This document shows, piece after piece, positions 63,392-64,000 of a DNA stretch of 64,000 nt (position 1 is the first letter of the stretch; each line of letters begins with the position of its first letter). Where the stretch lies: contig MU619246.1 in the NCBI GenBank assembly GCA_025201805.1, positions 237,627 through 301,626 on the forward strand, given 5' to 3'. The DNA is from Parasitella parasitica NRRL 2501 (taxonomy: Eukaryota; Fungi; Mucoromycota). The notes under the pieces are model-generated. The model saw only the letters and a list, made by a program, of their open reading frames with translations. It was not told where the DNA came from and did no database searches. Position numbers and translations under genes: made by a program.

Positions 63392-64000
63392 ATTTAATAA
63401 CAATAAAATTCCCTGTTTACATACAAACAGAAGCAAGTGGCTTTACATTGCATATATATATGTATGTATCGTACGTTTCGCTGAATGTGGCAAATAACTT
63501 CTTTAAAAACGGTGCACATTTTTTTTTTCTCTTGGCAGCAATATACCCAGTGCGACATTATCTGATTTGTGTTTAACTTTTTGTTCAAGTGTTGCAGAAA
63601 ATATTACTCGAAATAGTGCATAACCGCCTTCGTAGCTGGTACGAGTGTAGCACAATGTGAAGGCTGCATATACAGGGAAGACAAACAATCACCAGTGAAT
63701 GGACAGCTTGTTGTGAATGTAATCATAAAATCGTGGTGGTGGATGTATAACTTAAGTATTTGTATTTTACATTATGACTTTTTTACAAAGCAAAGAGCAT
63801 ATTTCGTATATCGGTTGATCCATTCTGTAATAAATGATGACTTGTTCCCGATAAGCAGCGTTTGATTATCTACCGTCTGGGCAATCTGACGCTATCAGTA
63901 TGACTTGATTTCTAAATAGATGTTTAATTCAACCTGAAAGAAAGGTAAAAGTCATAGATTGTAAAAGCCTGCAATTTTTAATCACGATGCAATCGAAAAA

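Overview
AT-rich, intron-containing fungal genomic DNA. Short (~50-90 nt) GT-AG introns, long poly-A/T runs and gene content point to a Mucorales (Mucor/Parasitella-like) draft assembly; N gaps sit next to homopolymers. About 23 protein-coding genes can be reconstructed, in order: a RasGEF with an N-terminal degenerate Ras-like domain, a 240-aa unknown, DIM1/Dib1 (U5 snRNP; missed by the ORF track), an F-box/LRR protein, QCR7, a large multi-START protein, a mitochondrial-type 2-Cys peroxiredoxin, CNNM/Mam3, NAF1, RVS167, a PAK/STE20-like kinase, a small hydrophilic protein, SLD5, OSCA/TMEM63, a class IV PLP enzyme, a Dal5-family MFS transporter, a stand-alone CWH43-N/PGAP2-like protein, IDO/BNA2, a cyclin K/T-like protein, a D-2-hydroxyacid dehydrogenase, dynein light intermediate chain, an APSES TF and a C2H2 TF. 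The most notable signal is the DIM1 gene. Its ATG is followed by a GC-AG intron and a 3-nt microexon. Its unusually long 435-nt third intron carries a perfect 18-bp long-range stem that encloses a hairpin and a cryptic 3' splice site leading to a stop. Together these suggest splicing-based autoregulation of a spliceosome component (inference). Other candidates are the pseudo-GTPase-RasGEF fusion, a 221-bp TIR element filled with a 23-bp tandem repeat, and tandem RFX X-boxes upstream of the C2H2 gene. All exon structures and family calls were made by eye, without database searches.
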